From Octopus vulgaris (lineage: Eukaryota), in assembly GCA_951406725.2 (NCBI GenBank), contig OX597818.1:40672001-40736000 (forward strand): 64,000 nt of DNA, in the 5' to 3' direction. Each line of letters opens with the position of its first letter. Positions within the stretch are counted from its first letter, which is position 1. Positions 13,495 to 26,803 of this stretch are shown here, in pieces. The notes beneath the pieces were generated by a model. That model was given only the letters and a program-made list of their open reading frames with translations. It had not been told where the DNA came from and made no database searches. The position numbers were made by a program, and so were the translations under genes.

Positions 13495-13495
<1 letters not shown>
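13317..13495 (-). mobile_element. Family B SINE 5' half, inverted relative to the adjacent copy
   Basis: Reverse complement of B head and core, with a local duplication of the head. Confidence 0.85.
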
Positions 13496-13555
<60 letters not shown>

Positions 13556-13714
13556 AATGTATGTATGTATGTATGTATGTATGTATGTATATATATATGT
13601 GTGTGTGTCTCTCTTTTTCTCTCTGTCTCTGTCTGTCTGTCTCTCTCTCTCGCTCTCTCTCCCTCTCTCTCTGTCTCTCTGTCTCTCTCTCACTATATAT
13701 ATATATATGTATGT

Positions 13715-13770
13715 GTGTATATTTAGATATATATATACAGACACACACACACACACACTCACACACACAC

Positions 13771-13817
<47 letters not shown>

Positions 13818-13917
13818 AGTGTGTGTGTGTGTCTGTATATATATATCTAAATATAGTGTGTATATTTAGATATATATATACAGACACACACACACACTCA
13901 CACACACACATATATAC

Positions 13918-13949
<32 letters not shown>

Positions 13950-14066
13950 CTGTATATATATATCTAAATATGCACACATACATCCCTCTATCGATATATA
14001 CGGTGAATATGTATACATATATATATATATATATACATATTCACCGTATATATCGATAGAGGGATG
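13715..14066. repeat. Three consecutive palindromes each centred on (TA)n
   Basis: About 13715-13855, 13858-13978 and 13981-14066 (catccctctatcgatatatacggtgaatatgtata...tatacatattcaccgtatatatcgatagagggatg). Confidence 0.85.
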
Positions 14067-14359
14067 GGTTGGATACTTGGATACAGCGAAAGAAATTGCC
14101 GCCAGGCAAAGGCTGAACATGTCAGAAATGAAGCGCTGAAAGCAGTCTTTGGTAGTCATGGTAATTAAGGAAGCGGGGCACTAGGGAGGAATGGTGATGA
14201 AATCCAGGGAGAGGATTAGCTGCAGGTTTGAAAGACTAAACTGGGGTTGATGCTGTTTACCGACTTATTCTTAAAGGGTAATTTAGGGAGTTGCATATGA
14301 ATGACGTTTTGTGTAAGACTAGTAGTTAAATGATAGTGGTTAGATCGGTGGTAGTGTAG

Positions 14360-14427
14360 GCGTTTGTTGTTGTTGGTGGTGGTGGTGGTGGTGGTGGTGG
14401 TGGTGGTGGTGGTGGTGGTGGTGGTGG

Positions 14428-14484
<57 letters not shown>

Positions 14485-14498
14485 GGTGGTGGTGGTGG

Positions 14499-14531
<33 letters not shown>

Positions 14532-16345
14532 GGTGGTGGTGGTGGTGGTGGTGGTGGTGGTGGTGGTGGTGGTGGTGGTGGTGTTTGTTGTTGTTGCTGT
14601 TGGTGGTGGTGGTGTTGTTGTTGTTGTTGGTGGGGTTGGTGGTGGTGGGTGGTGTTGTTGTTGTTGTTGTTGTTGTTGTTGGTGGTGGTGTTGTTGTTGT
14701 TGTTGGTGGTGGTGGTAGTGGTGTTGGTGATGGTAGTGGTGGCGTTGGTATTGGTGGTGGTGGTGGTGGTGGTGGTGGTGGTGGTGGTGGTGGTGATGGT
14801 GGTGGTGGTGGTGGTGATGGGGGGGTTGATGCTTTTAATTGTGGATGTTGACTTGTGGTGGACGTGGTTGTGTTGATGTTTGGTGGTGGTGGTGGTGGTG
14901 ATGGTAGTGGTGGTGGTGGTGGTGGTGGTGGTGGTGGTGGTGGTGGTGGTGGTGGTGGTGTTGATGGTAGTGGTGGTGGTTGGGGTGGTGGTGGTTGGGG
15001 TGGTGGTGGTGGTGGTGGTGGTGGTGTTGGTGGTGGTGGTGGTGGTGGTGGTCAGTGCGACTGTAGTGTTTGGTTGGTGTTCTTGTTTAACATCAGGTCG
15101 GAGATAAAGAAGATAACCAGTGACACTATCTCAAAACAATCCAGTGATGACCATCCCGTCTTTGAGGAATGGGTACTAAAAGACAAGTTATCACATCAAT
15201 GTACTCTTTTCTCTTTTTCTCTTTGTAAGATGCTAAAAGTGTGTGATTACGTTGAGATTTCACTGCCTTTTCTAGCAGATCAAGTGACCAGATTTTGGCT
15301 ACTGTAGCTAGTTAGCAGGGTTTCGAGCTGGTTCGTAATGAACCTGGCCCTAGTGGGTGTCGGTTGAGGTGGTAGTGGTGGTGGTGGTGGTGGTGGTGGT
15401 GGTGGTGGTGGTGGTGGTGGTGGTGGTGGTGTGGTGGTGGTGGTGGTGGTGGTGGTGGTGGTGGTGGTGGTGGTGGTGGTGATGGTGGTGGTGGTGGTGG
15501 TGGTGGTAGTGGTTTTGATGGTGGTGGTGTTGATGGTGGTATGGTGGTGGTGGTGGTGGTGCAGTGGTGGTGGTGGTGGTGGTGGTGGTGGTGGTAGTGG
15601 TGGTAGTGGTGGTGGTGGTGGTAGTGGTGGTGGTGGTGGTGGTGGTGGTAGTGGTGGTGGTGGTGGTGGTGGTGGTGATAGTGGTGGTGGTGGTGGTGGT
15701 GGTGGTGGTGGTGGTGGTTGTGGTGGTGGTGGTGGTAGTGGTGGTGGTAGTGGTGGTGGTAGTGGTGGTGGTGGTGGTGGTGGTGGTGGTGGTGGTCAGT
15801 GCGACTGTAGTGTTAGTTTAGGAAACAATTACTTTCGATTGTGACGCGTTTTGGGTATTCGTTGAAACTATAGGTCAGAAATGGCGGTGGCGGAAAAGTT
15901 GGTAAATGTGATGACGATGATAATGATGACGGTGGTGGTGGCGGTGATGGTGATGATGATGACGATGATGATGATGGTGATGATGGTTGGTGGTGGTGGT
16001 GGTTGGTGGTGATGATGACGATGATGATGACGATGACGATGATGATGATGACGATGACGATGATGATGACAATGGTGGTATTGGTGGTGGTGGTGGTTGC
16101 TTTTGTTGTTGGTGGTGATGATGATGATGATGTGGAAGAGGAAGATGAGGAAGAGGCGGTGGTGGAGGAGGTAGAGGTAGAGGTGTTGGAGAGGGAGGAG
16201 GAGGAAAAGGATGACAACGATGACGATGATTATGGTGATGATGATGGTGATGACAATGATGATGACGACAAGGGTGATGATGAATGCAGTGACAACAACG
16301 ACGACGACGACGGCGACGAGAATGATGATGATAGTGATGATTATG
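14360..16345. repeat. Large (GGT)n/(GTT)n/(GAT)n microsatellite complex
   Basis: Directly visible; interrupted by non-repeat sequence at about 15070-15365. Confidence 0.95.
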
Positions 16346-17454
16346 TTGGTTATGCGTTTTTTTTTGGTGACTTTGGATGTGCGTATGCGCGCGCTCGCGC
16401 GCGCGCGTGTGTGTGTGTGTGTGAGAGATTGTTGGTTTTGTTCGGGAGTGGATCTAGAGTAATTGATGTGTGAATGTGAGGTGCGTGGCGGATGTAATTT
16501 TTAATTTGCTGCTGAGAAGTAATCGTTACGTCGGTGTTGATGATGGAAAATACGAAGACGGCAGCAGTAGCAGCAGTAGCAGCCGCAGCAGTAGCAGCAG
16601 TGAAACCGGTGAGTGATAGAACGAGTGATGTCACCGTGAGGGTAATAAGTGAGTGTGCAAAATAAATAGTGGTAGATGATGAAAAAACGTGAAGGTTAGT
16701 GGGGTGAAGCGGGTGGTTTATAAATACACAGATTTCAGGGCGAAGAACAACTCAATCGAAAATTGCATGAGTAGAAAGGAATTGCATAGCTAGAGGGGCA
16801 ATGGAAAGAAGATTCGAGAAGATGATGGAGGTTGGGACAGTGGCTGAGAAGTGTCTGGAAAAACTGGCAAAAGAAAATAAAAAAAACGGGAAAAAATAAA
16901 TAAACAAAACGAATATAAAGAAAAGATGTGTGGCGAAGAAAATATATGCTTTAGGGTATGATGCGATCTCTGGGAGTCACAGAATATAAATTATTCTGAA
17001 ATAACAGTGGTTATCAGAGTTAAAGACTTCGCTAGAAATGAAATCTTTTTCTCGACCCTACCCCACCCCACCAGCCTAATGTCACCCCCCCCCCGTTCTT
17101 TATCCCATCTCTCTGTGCTATAAGAACGAAGCCAAAAAGAAAATAGAATTTAAAAGAGAGAAATGAATGAGTATGTAACTAAACAGAACAGCTTCGTAAA
17201 ATGATAGGGTTTTCTTGGTTGACAAATTCTTTAGGCGCTCATGCGTAGATACAAAATGCAGGTTATCCATCTATTGAACTTCACTGATTCAGTTTCCGGT
17301 TCTAGAGTTAAACAGCGGAAAGGGGGAGAAAACTCTCACCTTTCTTGCACACCAATATATATATATATATATTTTTTTAAATCCTATGTTTGGTTAACAT
17401 GGTCGACACTTCTCACTTGAAATGTTTGTAGCCCGACGTGTAATCATTTGTCTT

Positions 17455-17900
17455 TTATCCTTGACTTGTTTCAGTCATTAGACTCCAGCCATGCTGGAGC
17501 ACCGCTTTCAAGAATAAGAATTTTTTTAGTCGGATGAAATCTACTTCAAAACTTCTTTTTTTTCTTTCTTCCTTTGTATTCTGTCCCTGGTATTTATTCT
17601 GTTGATCTCTTTTGCCGAATCGCTAAGTTACAGAAACGTAAACCCACCAAAAGCAGTTGCCAAGCAGTGGTGGCGAACGATCACAGACACAAAGTTACAC
17701 ACGCACACACATACGCACGCGCACACGCACGTCCAAAGTCACCAGACACACACACACACACACATATAGATAGATTAGCAGCGATGGTTATATAATAATG
17801 TACACTTAAGATTATATATATATATATATATATATATACGACGGGCTTCTTTCAGTTTCCGTAAACGAAATCCACTCACAAGGCTTTGATCAGTTCGAGG
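17455..17900 (-). mobile_element. Family B SINE, degenerate and head-less
   Basis: CTTGTTTCAGTCATT...GCCATGCTGGAGCACCG and ACGACGGGCTTCTTTCAGTTTCCG. Confidence 0.75.
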
Positions 17901-18155
17901 TTTTGGTCAGTTCGAACCACACCTGCGCCTAGCCAATAGTCTTTGGCCGATGCCTCAACAAATGCCATCATAAATGATAAGAACCTCAATGATAGAATCT
18001 AGAATCTAGGCCACATATGTATCGCTTTCCAGACAAACACATTACCCATTATATCGTACTAAACTATTGAAATAATATTATAAATAACCTTACTTACCTA
18101 GGCGCAGTAAATGACAGAACAGGCAGAAACCTCACAGTTGTTTGTTTTCAAACTA

Positions 18156-18538
18156 TGGAAGCACTCCGTCGGTTACGACGACGAGGGTTCCGGTTGATCC
18201 GAATCAACGGAACAGCCTGCTCGTGAAATTAACGTGTAAGTGGCTGAGCACTCCACAGACACGTGTACCCTTAACGCAGTTTTCGGGGATATTCAGCGTG
18301 ACACAGAGAGTGACAAGGCCGGCCCTTTGAAATACAGGTACAACAGAAACAGGAAGTAAGAGTGTGAGAAAGTTGTGGTGAAAGAGTACAGCAGGAATCA
18401 CCACCATCCCCTGCCGGAGCCTTGTGGAGCTTTAGGTGTTTTCGCTCAATAAACACTCACAACGCCCGGTCTGGGAATCGAAACCGCGATCCTACGACCG
18501 CGAGTCCGCTGCCCTAACCACTGGGCCATTGCGCCTCC
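18156..18538 (-). mobile_element. Family C tRNA(Arg)-like SINE, full length with 13-bp TSD
   Basis: TGTTTTCAAACTA at 18143-18155 and 18541-18553; intact A and B boxes on the minus strand. Confidence 0.92.
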
Positions 18539-18629
18539 AATGTTTTCAAACTAAACCTATAACTAAAATTGTTTATGACAGGTAAACTTGGCAAGAAAGA
18601 TTTATTGATTTACCGTTTATTTATATTTC

Positions 18630-18995
18630 CTATTACGTGCTTCAGTCCCTGGGCCGTGGCCATGCTTGGGTTATGCCTTGAAGGGATTAGTCGACCAAAT
18701 CGACCCAGGTGTTTATTTTGCTGTAGGCAAGTACTTATTCCATTAGTAAGTTACGGGGACGTAAACCAACCAACACATGTTGTCCAACAGTCCAGGAAAA
18801 ACACAAATAAAAACGCACGCACGAACGCTTACGTGTATATACATATATATACGAGGGACATCCACACAGTTTTCGTCTGCCAAATTCACTCACGAGGCAT
18901 TCATCGGCCTAGAGCTATAGCAGAAGATACTTGCCCAAGGTGCACCGAGCCAGGTGCATGCAAAGCAAGCTTCTTAAAACACACAACTGTGCCTA
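18630..18995 (-). mobile_element. Family B SINE, old degenerate copy
   Basis: AAGTTACGGGGACGTAAAC and ACTTGCCCAAGGTGC motifs. Confidence 0.7.
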
Positions 18996-19293
18996 TAAAG
19001 TATCCTGCACGAAGTCAAAGGAAGTGCAAATAACAGAATCCCACCTTCCCAAGGCTGATTGCATTAAGCATTTAACTTTGAGAATGATTTATTACTTCGG
19101 GACCCGGATGCAGATCTTATAAAAGACTTGGTTTCGGTTTAAAGGTAAGACTGATCTGTAGCTTCACAGAGTCAGAGTGTGCTGTAATGCCGCACTTGTA
19201 GGTAGACTTCTTCTTATAGACAGACTTTTACATATCATCATGTTTATTATTAATTCCTTCCCAAATAAAAGATTATACAGATGTCTTACAAAC

Positions 19294-19705
19294 GGTGAGC
19301 TGGCAGAAACGTTAGCATGCCGGGCGAAATGCTTAGCGGTATTTCGTCTGCCGCTACGTTCTGAGTTCAAATTCCGCCGAGGTCGACTTTGCCTTTTATC
19401 CTTTCGGGGTCGATAAATTAAGTACCAGTTACGCACTGGGGTCGATATAATCGACTTAATCCGTCTGTCTGTCCTTGTTTGTCCTCTCTGTGTTTAGCCC
19501 CTTGTGGGTAGTAAAGAAATAGGTATTTTGTCTGCCGCTACGTTCTGAGTTCAAATTCCGCCGAGGTCGACTTTGCCTTTCATCCTTTCAGGGTCGATAA
19601 ATTAAGTACCAGTTACGCACTGAGATCAATGTAATCGACTTAATTCCTTTGTCTGTCCTTGTTTGTCCCCTCTATGTTTAGCCCCTTGTGGGCAATAAAG
19701 AAATA
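19294..19705 (+). mobile_element. Family A SINE tandem dimer with 15-bp TSD
   Basis: AGATGTCTTACAAAC at 19279-19293 and 19706-19720; internal junction at 19521/19522. Confidence 0.93.
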
Positions 19706-20157
19706 AGATGTCTTACAAACTATCTTATTTTCAAAGATATGACAAAGAGACGTAACATACTAAATAGATATCTAAGGTTCATTAATTACATATTTATTCA
19801 TACAGCGAGTCCAGAGCAAATCAGTTTAGCAATATCCGGCTATCGGAACAATCATTAGGTAGTGTCTCCACTGTTTGTAGCAAAAAGTTTTACCGTTTTC
19901 TATGCCTACTTACAACTGAAAAAAATAATAATAGCTAAGACATTTGAGAATCAAGTATCTTGACAAATGGATTCAGGATATCACTAGGAATGCAATTCGA
20001 AATGTCAAAACTTTGGATGATATACCACATTTCACAGACTTGGCCAGCTGTAGTTCTCTAAGTTACTTATGATTAAACTTGCTGGTAATGGATTTCACAT
20101 CGTCAATGGTTGAATTAATATGAGAATAAGAATCTTTGCAATTTGATAATATCAGAT

Positions 20158-20382
20158 TTTGGCACAATGCCAGTAATTTTGGAGACAGGCGTAGAGGTTA
20201 GTCAATTACATTGACCCTAGTGCTTAACTGGTACTTATTTTATCTAGTACTCATTTTATCGACCCTGAAGGATGAAAGGTAAAGTCGTCTTCGGCGGAGT
20301 TTGAACTCAGAACTTAAAGACGGACGAAATGCCGATAAGCATTTGGCCCGATGTGCTAACGATTCTGCCAGCTGGCTGCCGT
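20158..20382 (-). mobile_element. Family A SINE (alternative tail)
   Basis: GGATGAAAGGTAAAGTCG, TTTGAACTCAGAAC, GATTCTGCCAGCT. Confidence 0.8.
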
Positions 20383-21079
20383 TATTAGCAATATAATAAA
20401 ATCTGTTTTAATAAATGAATCAAATAGAAAATATTGTATATCTTCGAAAACTGAGACTAATAAATCTATTTTAAAGCAGCAGAAAAAAATTTTTGAATTT
20501 AGTTCACTGTAACAAAAAAAAAAAAAAAATCATCGCTCAGTTCAAATCTGTTTTTGCTGAATCGAATGTGAAAGCTTTTTAGAATTTTATTTTATTTTAT
20601 TTAAATAAAACTCTTTAAATGCCGACGTCGTGTGTTGGAGCAACTAATAATGCGAGAATAGAATTTAGCAGTTAATTTCTTCAATATGATATGCAGGTTG
20701 AGTTCGAAATGAAATTATAATTAATTTGTTCGAGGCGATTCTATATTAAGCAATTGGAAGCAAATATTCATTACATTTACAATTAGTCATTATATAATGA
20801 TAGAATAACAACAGAAATCTGTTGAGAAACATTGAAAGCTTATGAATTATCAGAACTATAACTATAAACAAATGTATACAGCCCCTCGAGATGCAAACTT
20901 TACACACACACAAACACGTACACTCATACACACACACGCGCTCACACACATACACACACACAAGCACATACAAACATACACATTCACAACACACACATAC
21001 AAATACGCATGCGCGTGCGTTTATATATGTGTGTATCTGTATGTCTGCATACATATGTGTGTGTATCTCTTTCTTTCTT

Positions 21080-21110
<31 letters not shown>

Positions 21111-21114
21111 AATC

Positions 21115-21223
<109 letters not shown>

Positions 21224-21229
21224 CAATAT

Positions 21230-21432
21230 TAGGCAACAAGGATATCCAGAGGTAATGCAGTACGACTCGTTTCATGCAACTCCATTTAATTGAACAATGC
21301 AATCATTACATCAATTTAAAATGCAGAGCAATCGTTAGCTGCACAAAGACAAAGAATTTAATTGTTTTGAAGTTGTATGGATTATACCGTACAAAATTCT
21401 GGTGCCTCAACTTAAGTACCATATTCATCTGA
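21230..21432 (-). mobile_element. Penelope-like/retrozyme-like fragment with hammerhead fold (21256-21343)
   Basis: Minus: TGCAG-CTAACGA-TTGC...GCAT-GAAAC-GAGTC-GTA-CTGCA; homologous to 49438-49805. Confidence 0.65.
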
Positions 21433-21474
21433 ATCTAAATTTTTGCTGAACTCATCTACCATACTCAACGTATA

Positions 21475-21868
21475 CTCTTTTACTTGTTTCAGTCATTTGA
21501 CTGCAGCCATGCTAGAGCACCGCCTTTAGTCGGCAAATCGAACCCGGGACTTATTCTTTGTAAGCCTAGTACTTATTCCCTCAGTCTCTTCTGCCGATTG
21601 GCTAAGTTACGGGGACGTAAAGACACCATCATCGACTGTCAAGCGATGTTGGCGAGACAAACACAGACATACAAACATATACACATACATACATATACAT
21701 ATATACGACGAGCTTCTTTCAGTTTCCGTCTACCAAATCCACTCACAAGGCTTAGGTCGGCCTGAGTCTATAGTAGAAGAAACCTGCCTAAGGTGCCACG
21801 CAGTGGGACTGAACCCGGAACCATGTGGTTGGTAAGCAAACTACTTACCACACAGCCACTCCTGCGCC
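21475..21868 (-). mobile_element. Family B SINE, full length
   Basis: Tail TACTCTTTTACTTGTTTCAGTC to head CACAGCCACTCCTGCGCC. Confidence 0.9.
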
Positions 21869-21994
21869 TGTGTATAGGCGTATATATATATCCGGTCATT
21901 CAAAATGTGACCCCGTGTGTACCGTTGGCGATTTTTTTTCCTCTGTATTCCCTTCTCTGGATCTTTCCTTCTCCTATGTTTCCGACCTTCTTTC

Positions 21995-22052
<58 letters not shown>

Positions 22053-22602
22053 TTATTTATATATTATATTTATTTATATTTATTTATTTATTTATTTATA
22101 TATATGCTTTGGCGTATCCCAGAAGGTAGTAGCTGGGGTCCGTTACATGTGATGTGACTACGGCATGGGTTCGTAAATAAATGTGCACAGGATAACATAT
22201 ACTACGTAGCAAAGAGCCAACCTAACATAAATATCTGATGACAAACGCGTGGAAGACTTGTTGGTATACGTTTCAACGTATATAATATTAGCCGTTTTTA
22301 ATATGTAACTTCTTTATAGTTTTTGTTCTTACCGATAAAGCTGGCCTCGTAAGCGTAGGTTTACTTGTTTTTCGTGTCTCCTGCTTCCCCCAGTGAAAAA
22401 AATCCTTTTTTTTTTTCGTATATGAAAAGTGCTATCGCAGCTCGGAAGTTATTAACACCTCAATGTCTCACCAAAGTGCTGCTAAGAGCTCCCGGCTTAG
22501 AGCGTTCACTGCAAAACACGGAAGGAGAGCACTCTCCTGTCGCACTAGTACGCTACATTAATGTGGGTGTTCCCTTGGGACATGGAGCAAGGTGGGGACT
22601 AC

Positions 22603-22832
22603 CTATTTCTTTACTACCCACAAGGGGCTAAACACAGAGAGGACAAACAAGGACAGACAAACGGATTAAGTCGATTGTATCGACCCCAGTGCATAACTGG
22701 TACTTATTTAATCGACCCTGAAAGGATGAAAGGCAAAGTCGACCTCGGCGTAATTTGAACTCAGAACGTAGCGGCAGACGAAATACTGCTAAGCATTTCG
22801 CCTGGCGTGCAAACGTTTCTGCCAGCTCGCCA
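22603..22832 (-). mobile_element. Family A SINE monomer with TSD
   Basis: CAAGGTG(G/A)GGACTACCT on both flanks. Confidence 0.9.
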
Positions 22833-23029
22833 ACAAGGTGAGGACTACCTTGCTCGTGACTAACGCAACACTGCTGCAAGCTACCGGTGCGTTATCAAGA
22901 CTAGTTCTCGGCATCCTCTTAGAATGCAAACACTAGGTTAGTTGTATTGGAGATCCATAAAACGCACTAGGAGAAAGAAATTAATTTTCAAATCGTGAGC
23001 GTACGCTGTACTATGATTGTCTATAAATA

Positions 23030-23278
23030 AATAAATGCGCTCTTTAAAAGCCTAGCCAGGCTCATGGGCCCAGTTTCCCGGTTTCAATGGCGTATGTTTT
23101 CCCCCAGCTGGACGGGACGCCAGTCCATTGCAGCGCTACTCATTTTTGCCAGCTGAGTGGACTGGAGCAAAGTGAAATGAAGTGTTTTGCTCAAGAACAC
23201 AACGCGTTGCTCGGTCCAGAAATCGAAACCATAATCTTACGATCATGATGGTGACACCCTAACCACTAAGCCACGCGC
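23030..23278 (-). mobile_element. Family D tRNA-derived SINE (CORE/V-like central domain)
   Basis: Minus: TGGCTTAGTGG A box, GGTTTCGATTTC B box, TTGTGTTCTTGAGCAAAACACTT core, (TTTA)n tail; related fragments near 35190-35300 and 49070-49260. Confidence 0.8.
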
Positions 23279-24687
23279 ACACACTACGATTGCCTAAGCA
23301 AAGTAAAAACAAAACACAGAAAACCAACCCCAATCTTTGAGGTCTTGAAGATTTGGCATTGGATAACCGTGTGATTCTAAAAAAAAAACTTTGTTTACAG
23401 TAACTTCAAGCACTCAAAAGAATCCACAACACTTTGGAAAAGCAGTGGTTCTTAACCTGGAAAGAGAAGTAAAGATGATCCACTTGCGTGAAAGCCGAGA
23501 GTGGGTCTGGGGTGCCTATTACATCAGTTGTTATATGGACCCCTAAAGGAAGGATGAAACGCACAAGGCCAAGCACATCTGGGGAATAACAGTTGAAAAA
23601 GTGTGACAGGTAGATGGATAGAGAAAGTAGAAACAGGTGCAAACTGCAATCATTGACATGGCATCAGGGAGAAAGAGAGAGAGAAAGAGAGAAGGGCGAG
23701 AGTGTGAAAGCGGAAAGAAGAGAAGAGAATGAGAGAGAGAAAAGGAAAGACAGAAGGCGAGAGAGAGGAGGAGATAGAGGACGGAAACCTTATGTGCGAT
23801 GTAAGCACGAAATTAAAAGAAGAATGTATCACTAAGACTTGCGTTTTTAAGTATCTTTTATGAAATACTACGCTTGGTAATACTGTCCGATAGCTAATAA
23901 TTTCATATTGTTAGTCAAAAAGTAAATTCTTGTCATCCTTTAAATATCTTATAAAAATTAATAGAAAAAAAATGTCACATTTAGCTGGAGTTGCACGATG
24001 TTAGCCAATCTGCTGCTTTCATCTCTCTGAAATAAGAAATCATACCAGGGTGTCATCCTGAAACCAAGTCTCATCAGCCAAATGACAGTAATATCATATT
24101 GAACTCTGACTAGGCAATAGATCATCACTTACAAAGTAAAACCTTATCTCTGAGCCCCTTATTGTTTCTTAATAAAGTTCCTCCTTAAAATGTCATCTAA
24201 AGAACAGAAGTTTTGATATTCTATCTAAGCATATGTGTGTGTAAGTGTATGGTTACGCATACATGTGCATGCACGTAAAAGTAATACCGAAGTGTTAATC
24301 TACATGTTGCATGTGACGACCCCCAAAATTCCATCTGAAGAAATTTGCTGATTATCTTCAATCTTTGAGGTAGGAAGATTTTGACCCTTTGTGTGGCGAT
24401 GGAAGAGTGAGTTGTGAGAAACCGACCTCCTGACAATATCTTCCAACCGGAAGTCAATATTGGATCGCTTTCTTAGGCCATTGGAAATCTAACCCATCTG
24501 TGGATTATTCGATCCCACTCTAATTATATTCCATTGTGAGAGGAAGACAAATTGATCTCTAGGTTCATTCTTACACACATAGAGAAATGCATTCACTCAC
24601 ACACATAAATACATGCATATTAATGTGTCTATATGAATAGTGATCGTTGAGAATAGAAGAGAGAACGACAAGGCATAGAAAGATAGG

Positions 24688-24802
<115 letters not shown>

Positions 24803-25906
24803 GTCATAGTCAGAAGAGGCAGTTGTATTAACAAATCATAAGTGCTCCCTACTCATGTGTACAATGAATATTTTAAACCGAACACTTGGCTCTTAAATAG
24901 ATGCGTGAGTTGTCATTGTTACTGAAAGATAAATTTATAGATATCAAATATATTTTACTCTTAATCAATGCCACGTTTGATATCAGTTTTATCAAAAGGC
25001 CATAATTAATCATTAGATTTGTCTTGTAGATAACGCTTGAATCTGGAACCTTTATCAGTTTTTATCATCTTGATTTACTGACAGCTTTTAACGTATATTC
25101 ATCTACATGCTAACCAAACTGCATTAAATTTATGTTGTAGGCATGCTGGATAGTCCAACTGATATTTTCCATAGAAATACTGCTCGGAATTTCATTCTTT
25201 ATTTTCATCATTTACCATCATTTTTATTTTTAATACAAATAATATCCAGGACTCCATAGCTTCCTGTTTTTTAGTCAATATCGACCTTTGAAACACTTAT
25301 GCATCTTCCCTAACATTTATCACTATATCAACAATTATTCCACTGCATCCGTTTATCTTCACTGTCAACGTTTATCTCACTGTCAATATTTCCTTTGCAT
25401 TCATAAGATTAATAACCTCCTTATCTAATTCCTAGAGATAAAAATTTCAGGCTGAATATCTTTCTGTCCCAAATAACACGCTATTTTAAGCGCAACATTT
25501 AATGTCCATAAGAAAGGAATGAACATCACAAAATCCTTAACGTCTAAATGCTATTTGTGTTTATAATAAATCAATATAACAATGACTTTAAAAACCAAAA
25601 ACAACTAAAAATCAATAAAGACTGGACGTACAGAACTACATACATTGTGATATCATTTTAAACGATCTACATTTTGATTTCAAATTTCTGGCGAGACAAA
25701 TTCCTGTTTTCTATTTTCAGATAAGTAATTTAAACCAATAATATAGTGTCGAGTCAACCAACAAAATCTTCTCAATGAAGTTCTGGTGTTGTCTAACTGC
25801 AACTGTTTAATGAAAATATTCGATATTTCAGATTCGCAAATTCAGTTGAAAACAATAATGAAACTACACAATAGAAGGAAGCTACAAATATGAATCTGTT
25901 TTACTA

Positions 25907-26306
25907 TTCTTTTATTCTTTCATTCTTTTGCTTGTTTCAGTCATTTGACTGCGGCCATGCTGGAGCACCGCCTTTAGTCGAGCAAATCGACCCCAGGACT
26001 TATTCTTTGTGAGTCTAGTACTTATTCTATCGGTCTCTTTGGCCAAACAGCCAAGTTACGGGAACGTAAACGCACCAGCATCGGTTGTCAAGCGATGTTG
26101 CGGGGACAAACACAGACACAAACACACACACATATACATATACACGACAGGCTTCTTTCAGTTTCCGCCTACCAATTCCGCTCACAAGGCTTTGGTCGGC
26201 CCGAGGCTATATTAGAAGACACTTGCCCAAGGTGTCACGCAGTGGGAATGAACCCGAAACCATGTGGCTGTTAAGCAAGCTACTTACCACACAGCCACTC
26301 CTGCGC
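25907..26306 (-). mobile_element. Family B SINE, full length
   Basis: Complete tail-to-head match to other B copies. Confidence 0.9.
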
Positions 26307-26803
26307 ATTGTTAAATTTAACCAACAACGCTTTCGAATATGGCATTACCATCATCCCTTCTTCTCATTATTGTTGTCGGGTGTGAAACGAATATATACTT
26401 TGTGTTTGCTTATCACATAAACAGCTTTTCCACAAAATATTTGTAATAGGCAAATCGTATACATAAAAACAACTTGTGTTTAAAGATAGCGAGAAGTAAA
26501 GGGTGATGGTCATGTGTATGAAACCTGGTGAATCGACAGGCTCCAAATGTTTGCGAATAGATGTCCCTGGAAGATCCTTCGAGTGAGATGCAAAACAAAC
26601 TCAGAAACAAAGCCTTGTGGTTACAGAAAAAACAGCAGCCAATCAAAAGCCAGATTAAGAGGAGGACATGGGGTTGGCTGGAACACATCCTCTGGATTAA
26701 CTAACCTAACTATTACAAATGTTGTTTCTTAGAGAGCCATTTATATCACACTACCTCAATCAATCTGTCTGCATATTTCATGTAGTTTGTATATTATAGA
26801 ATA

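Noticed and set aside
24950-25440. Possible decayed piggyBac-like transposase on the minus strand
   Set aside because: Only vague motif echoes across many stops; needs a translated search
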